Source: Trichormus sp. ATA11-4-KO1 (GTDB taxonomy: Bacteria > Cyanobacteriota > Cyanobacteriia > Cyanobacteriales > Nostocaceae). Taken from it: DNA of 18,999 bases. This document shows positions 16,303 to 18,999 of the stretch, one piece after another; position 1 is the stretch's first letter; each line of letters begins with the position of its first letter. Made by a program: the position numbers and the translations under genes. The DNA is taken from the NCBI GenBank assembly GCA_019358915.1, contig JAHHIM010000056.1, forward strand, positions 1-18,999. Reading direction: 5' to 3'. Under the pieces are notes generated by a model. The model saw nothing but the letters and a program-made list of their open reading frames with translations, ran no database searches and was not told where the DNA came from.

Positions 16303-16862
16303 AAAAGAAAGACATGATTGCTATTAAAGAAGTTTGTGAACTCCTGGAGATGCCAGAGGAAATTATTAGATTCTCCCTGCAAGAATCCCATCCAGATAAT
16401 TTTGACAGTCTCAAAGAAATTAGTTGGGCTGAATTTGAAACATTAACTCAAGTCCTCAAACAAAAAGCTGAACAAGAACAAACTGGAGAAGTAACCGCCA
16501 TTACTCCATCAGTTGATAACACTCTCCCAGTTCAAGAGCAACAAAAAATAATTAATGGGGCATTGAATGCTCTGAATGAGTTTGCCGGGAACTACACATT
16601 TACCATTGATAAAATCACTTCTACTTTAGCATTTATCAGTGGTCAATCAGTTGTTAACAATTTCGTTCACATCCACTCCAACACAATCAGAAACGGTTTA
16701 GAAGATTACTTAGATGAGTTAGCAAATGAATTAACTACGGCGGCTCACTCCATCAAAGGAATCGATGCTAATGATTTTTTAGCTCAACGGGGAATTGCCC
16801 CGAAACCACGAACTGCTCAGAAATCTCTAGAAGAAATCATCAATTTGGCAGCAAATATCTAG
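16299..16862 (+). CDS. Hypothetical helical protein with possible N-terminal HTH
   Basis: 187 aa; 'IAIKEVCELLEMPEEII'; long amphipathic helices. Confidence 0.75.
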   Translation: MKKKDMIAIKEVCELLEMPEEIIRFSLQESHPDNFDSLKEISWAEFETLTQVLKQKAEQEQTGEVTAITPSVDNTLPVQEQQKIINGALNALNEFAGNYTFTIDKITSTLAFISGQSVVNNFVHIHSNTIRNGLEDYLDELANELTTAAHSIKGIDANDFLAQRGIAPKPRTAQKSLEEIINLAANI

Positions 16863-16936
16863 ACATTGCTTACAGATTAGCACTATCTGATAGTCGTTTC
16901 TTATTGTTGTTGTTGAGTGTTGGTAGAGAAAGAAAA

Positions 16937-17080
16937 ATGCACCTAATTACCGAGACTTGTTTTTATTCCGGTGTGGCTACCCTATCTCTAATTGGTGGGA
17001 TAGCAGCAGTTATTTCACCAGTAGGGGTAGGTTTATTTGCAGTAGGTTTAGCAATGTATGTCAGCCAAAATCGACGCTAA
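16937..17080 (+). CDS. 47-aa two-TM membrane protein (not in ORF track)
   Basis: MHLITETCFYSGVATLSLIGGIAAVISPVGVGLFAVGLAMYVSQNRR*; purine-rich upstream sequence; overlaps the next ORF start. Confidence 0.6.
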   Translation: MHLITETCFYSGVATLSLIGGIAAVISPVGVGLFAVGLAMYVSQNRR

Positions 17081-17276
17081 CAGGGACAGGCTAGAAGCAG
17101 CTTATCATTGGCAAGCATTTAAGGTTCGTCCAGTGATTTTAATTGGTTGTATTGTGGTTCCTGCATTTATTGGTAGTTATGTATATACCAGTTGGCAGCA
17201 AACAAAAAATAGCAAAATATCTCCAAACGTTGAGATGAAAGACTTACACCTTTGTAGCGGCGAACGCTTTAAATAA
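17058..17276 (+). CDS. Small single-pass membrane protein
   Basis: 72 aa; TM 'PVILIGCIVVPAFIGSYVY'. Confidence 0.6.
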   Translation: MSAKIDANRDRLEAAYHWQAFKVRPVILIGCIVVPAFIGSYVYTSWQQTKNSKISPNVEMKDLHLCSGERFK

Positions 17277-17309
17277 AGACTGAGATTTTCCAAGTATTTG
17301 AGGTGAAGA

Positions 17310-17498
17310 ATGAACACTCAGCCACTGCCAGAATTAATTTCACAGGCACAGCAATTACTTACTCAAATTCGGCAGCATCCACAATATCAAGGATTACAAA
17401 TTGATTGTGATGTAACTGTTGGTGATGTCAGCCAATATTGGAAATTAATTCATTTAGGGTTACAAGCCCCTCAATTTATTGATGAAAAAAAATGGTAA
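17310..17498 (+). CDS. Small hypothetical protein; C-terminus probably derived from an inserted repeat
   Basis: GAGGTG RBS; 'LPELISQAQQLLTQIRQHPQY...DVTVGD'. Confidence 0.65.
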   Translation: MNTQPLPELISQAQQLLTQIRQHPQYQGLQIDCDVTVGDVSQYWKLIHLGLQAPQFIDEKKW

Positions 17499-17534
17499 TA
17501 ATTGCGACTTGCGACTTGGTAATTGCGAATTGGA
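17443..17534. repeat. Probable 92-bp inserted dispersed repeat flanked by an ATTGGA direct repeat
   Basis: ATTGGA at 17437-17442 and 17529-17534; internal AGGG..CCCT hairpin, A-run and TTGCGA(C/A) heptamer repeats. Confidence 0.45.
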
Positions 17535-17535
17535 G

Positions 17536-17709
17536 ATGACCACCAACTTACTCAACGCAGAAGTTGCAACCAAGGGCAGTATGCCAGCTAATCAGGAAGT
17601 GGACGCGATCGCCAGCACAATTCAATCAATAAATCAGCGTTTAACCATTGGTGAACATCTTGGTTTAGCAGATGCAATTGTCAACCAATTGAAACATCAC
17701 AGGGGATGA
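17536..17709 (+). CDS. Small hypothetical protein
   Basis: Probable start MTTNLLNAEV at 17536, within ORF 17479-17709. Confidence 0.5.
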   Translation: MTTNLLNAEVATKGSMPANQEVDAIASTIQSINQRLTIGEHLGLADAIVNQLKHHRG

Positions 17710-17712
17710 GAA

Positions 17713-17901
17713 ATGAATAATCAGCCCTTCAGTCAAGACCGGAGCGATAAAGAACATCCCCACTATACATTCACTCCACCAAGCAACTACACACCCCAAG
17801 AAATAGAAGCAGGTAACAAACTCGTAGAAATTTTAAATGACCAAAACCTCACCGAATCCGAGAAGAAAAAAGCCTGTTGGGAGATTTTGAATAATGTCTA
17901 G
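17713..17901 (+). CDS. Small hypothetical protein
   Basis: 62 aa; tightly packed, overlaps the next gene start. Confidence 0.6.
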   Translation: MNNQPFSQDRSDKEHPHYTFTPPSNYTPQEIEAGNKLVEILNDQNLTESEKKKACWEILNNV

Positions 17902-18565
17902 AAATTACGGAACTGCCAAGTTAAAAAACCATATTCCCAGCACCGCCCCCGGTACACTGGGCGCAATGGGTAAACTGTTCGGCGTGAGTGCAGAAGATTT
18001 CGCCAAAGCAGTGCAAGGTGACCAAACTACTATCGAGCAAATTGCCAACATGGCACGGCTGTCTGACACAGCCAAAGCCAACCTACCCAAAGCATTAGAA
18101 GCCTACCGCAAAATCATTGAAACCACAGGCGATATCAACCAAGCTTACGCCGAACTGGTGCAACTCACCCAGAAACATGGCACGGCTACTATGAAGGCGA
18201 TTAACACCAGTAAAACAGGAGAGCAACGGTTTAAGAATGAATTGGTGGAAATGCAAGCCGAACACGTCAACGCCACCACAGCAGAAGCAACCCGACACGC
18301 ACACCGCACATCCCTAATTCAAATCTCTGGTGCTACGGCTGACCTCATGGCAGTAGCTAAATACGAAGTGGATTTATTGAAGGCATCAAACAAGCTACCA
18401 GATGCCCAAGATGCGGCTGACTTAGCTTATGAAAATGCCGTCACCTCTGCGTTGTGGTCAAAGGGCAGTGAAGCCAAGGCCGACCGCATACCCAAACCGA
18501 ACTACAGCCGCACTGCTGGACTGAGTAAAGTTTGGCATGGATTTAAGAATTTCATGGGCATTTAG
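17894..18565 (+). CDS. Ala-rich coiled-coil protein with C-terminal amphipathic helix
   Basis: 223 aa, all-helical; ends 'GLSKVWHGFKNFMGI'; GGAG upstream. Confidence 0.8.
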   Translation: MSRNYGTAKLKNHIPSTAPGTLGAMGKLFGVSAEDFAKAVQGDQTTIEQIANMARLSDTAKANLPKALEAYRKIIETTGDINQAYAELVQLTQKHGTATMKAINTSKTGEQRFKNELVEMQAEHVNATTAEATRHAHRTSLIQISGATADLMAVAKYEVDLLKASNKLPDAQDAADLAYENAVTSALWSKGSEAKADRIPKPNYSRTAGLSKVWHGFKNFMGI

Positions 18566-18804
18566 CCATTAGACAAAAGGCCAGGGGAGAGGAGAGCAGA
18601 GGGAGCTCTTGTGGCTAGGGGGGCAGGGGAAGCAAATACAACAAACGCAGAATTAAAAGATAGCAACGCTCCAAAGTGAGGTGGCAAGGCTCTTGAGGCT
18701 GGGGGGGAAGAAGTGTTATTGAACAATATTCTTACTCCCCCCGCTTCCCCAGCTTTCTTTCCCTCTGGCTTTTGTTGTGATTACCCAGTGTGGAGGGCAT
18801 TTCA

Positions 18805-18872
18805 ATGAATGATATCGAATCCTTACTAACACAATTTCAGCCTGACAATCAACAATCCGCACCTCCGCTATG
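18805..18872 (+). pseudogene. 5' fragment of a gene interrupted by the transposon end
   Basis: GGAGG RBS at 18792, ATG at 18805, MNDIESLLTQFQPDNQQSAPPL, then the frame runs into the repeat-bearing end and stays open to the window edge. Confidence 0.5.
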
Positions 18873-18999
18873 TGTTGCGGCTCGCAAACATAAACGCTCC
18901 GGCTTGCAAACAAGAAAATTGTTGGCTCACATTAATTGCAAACAGAAAAAGACTTCGGCTCACATTAATTGCAAACAGACTCATTATTATTTACAAGGG
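18873..18999 (+). mobile_element. Tn7/Mu-like transposon end (terminal TGT at 18873, element interior to the right)
   Basis: TGTTGCGGCTCGCAAACATAAACGCTCCGGCTTGCAAACAAG, then two GGCTCACATTAATTGCAAACAGA copies 33 bp apart. Confidence 0.7.

Larger units (their letters stand above)
1879..17612. other. HIP1 octamers (GCGATCGC), cyanobacterial signature
   Basis: Sites at 1879, 3401, 3467, 12136, 12439 and 17605. Confidence 0.85.

Noticed and set aside
10657..18565. Prophage or phage-satellite interpretation
   Set aside because: No integrase, terminase, capsid or att site recognised; par and mob modules indicate a plasmid.
18716..18913. 65-aa minus-strand ORF
   Set aside because: Starts inside the transposon end and is antisense to the RBS-supported 18805 fragment.
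18924..18979. 23-bp direct repeats as a CRISPR array start
   Set aside because: Only two copies with a 10-bp spacer; the motif matches transposon-end sites elsewhere in the window.

Overview
This looks like most or all of a mobilizable plasmid from a filamentous cyanobacterium (Nostocales-like: six HIP1 GCGATCGC sites and STRR-type short tandem repeats). The backbone (about 2161-18872) carries a type Ib-like ParA + RHH partition cassette with TAATGCAG centromere-like repeats. It also carries a MOBP-type relaxase + MobC divergent, across a hairpin-rich candidate oriT, from a TraK/TraL/TraM-like (MobCDE/Stb-like) operon, a 1.1-kaa Zn-finger/TOPRIM/SF3 primase-helicase with a candidate intragenic origin, two RHH regulators, and an uncharacterised tightly packed operon of HTH, coiled-coil and small membrane proteins. 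The backbone is bracketed by two matching TGT-terminated, Tn7/Mu-like transposon ends that point away from it (2160 leftwards, 18873 rightwards). The cargo at 1-2160 is an MmyB/XRE regulator frameshifted by a perfected palindrome, azoR, and a nested 316-bp non-autonomous element. A 171-bp MITE with an 8-bp TSD lies at 5245-5415. No CRISPR array or RNA genes were seen. All product calls come from motif recognition by eye, not database searches.
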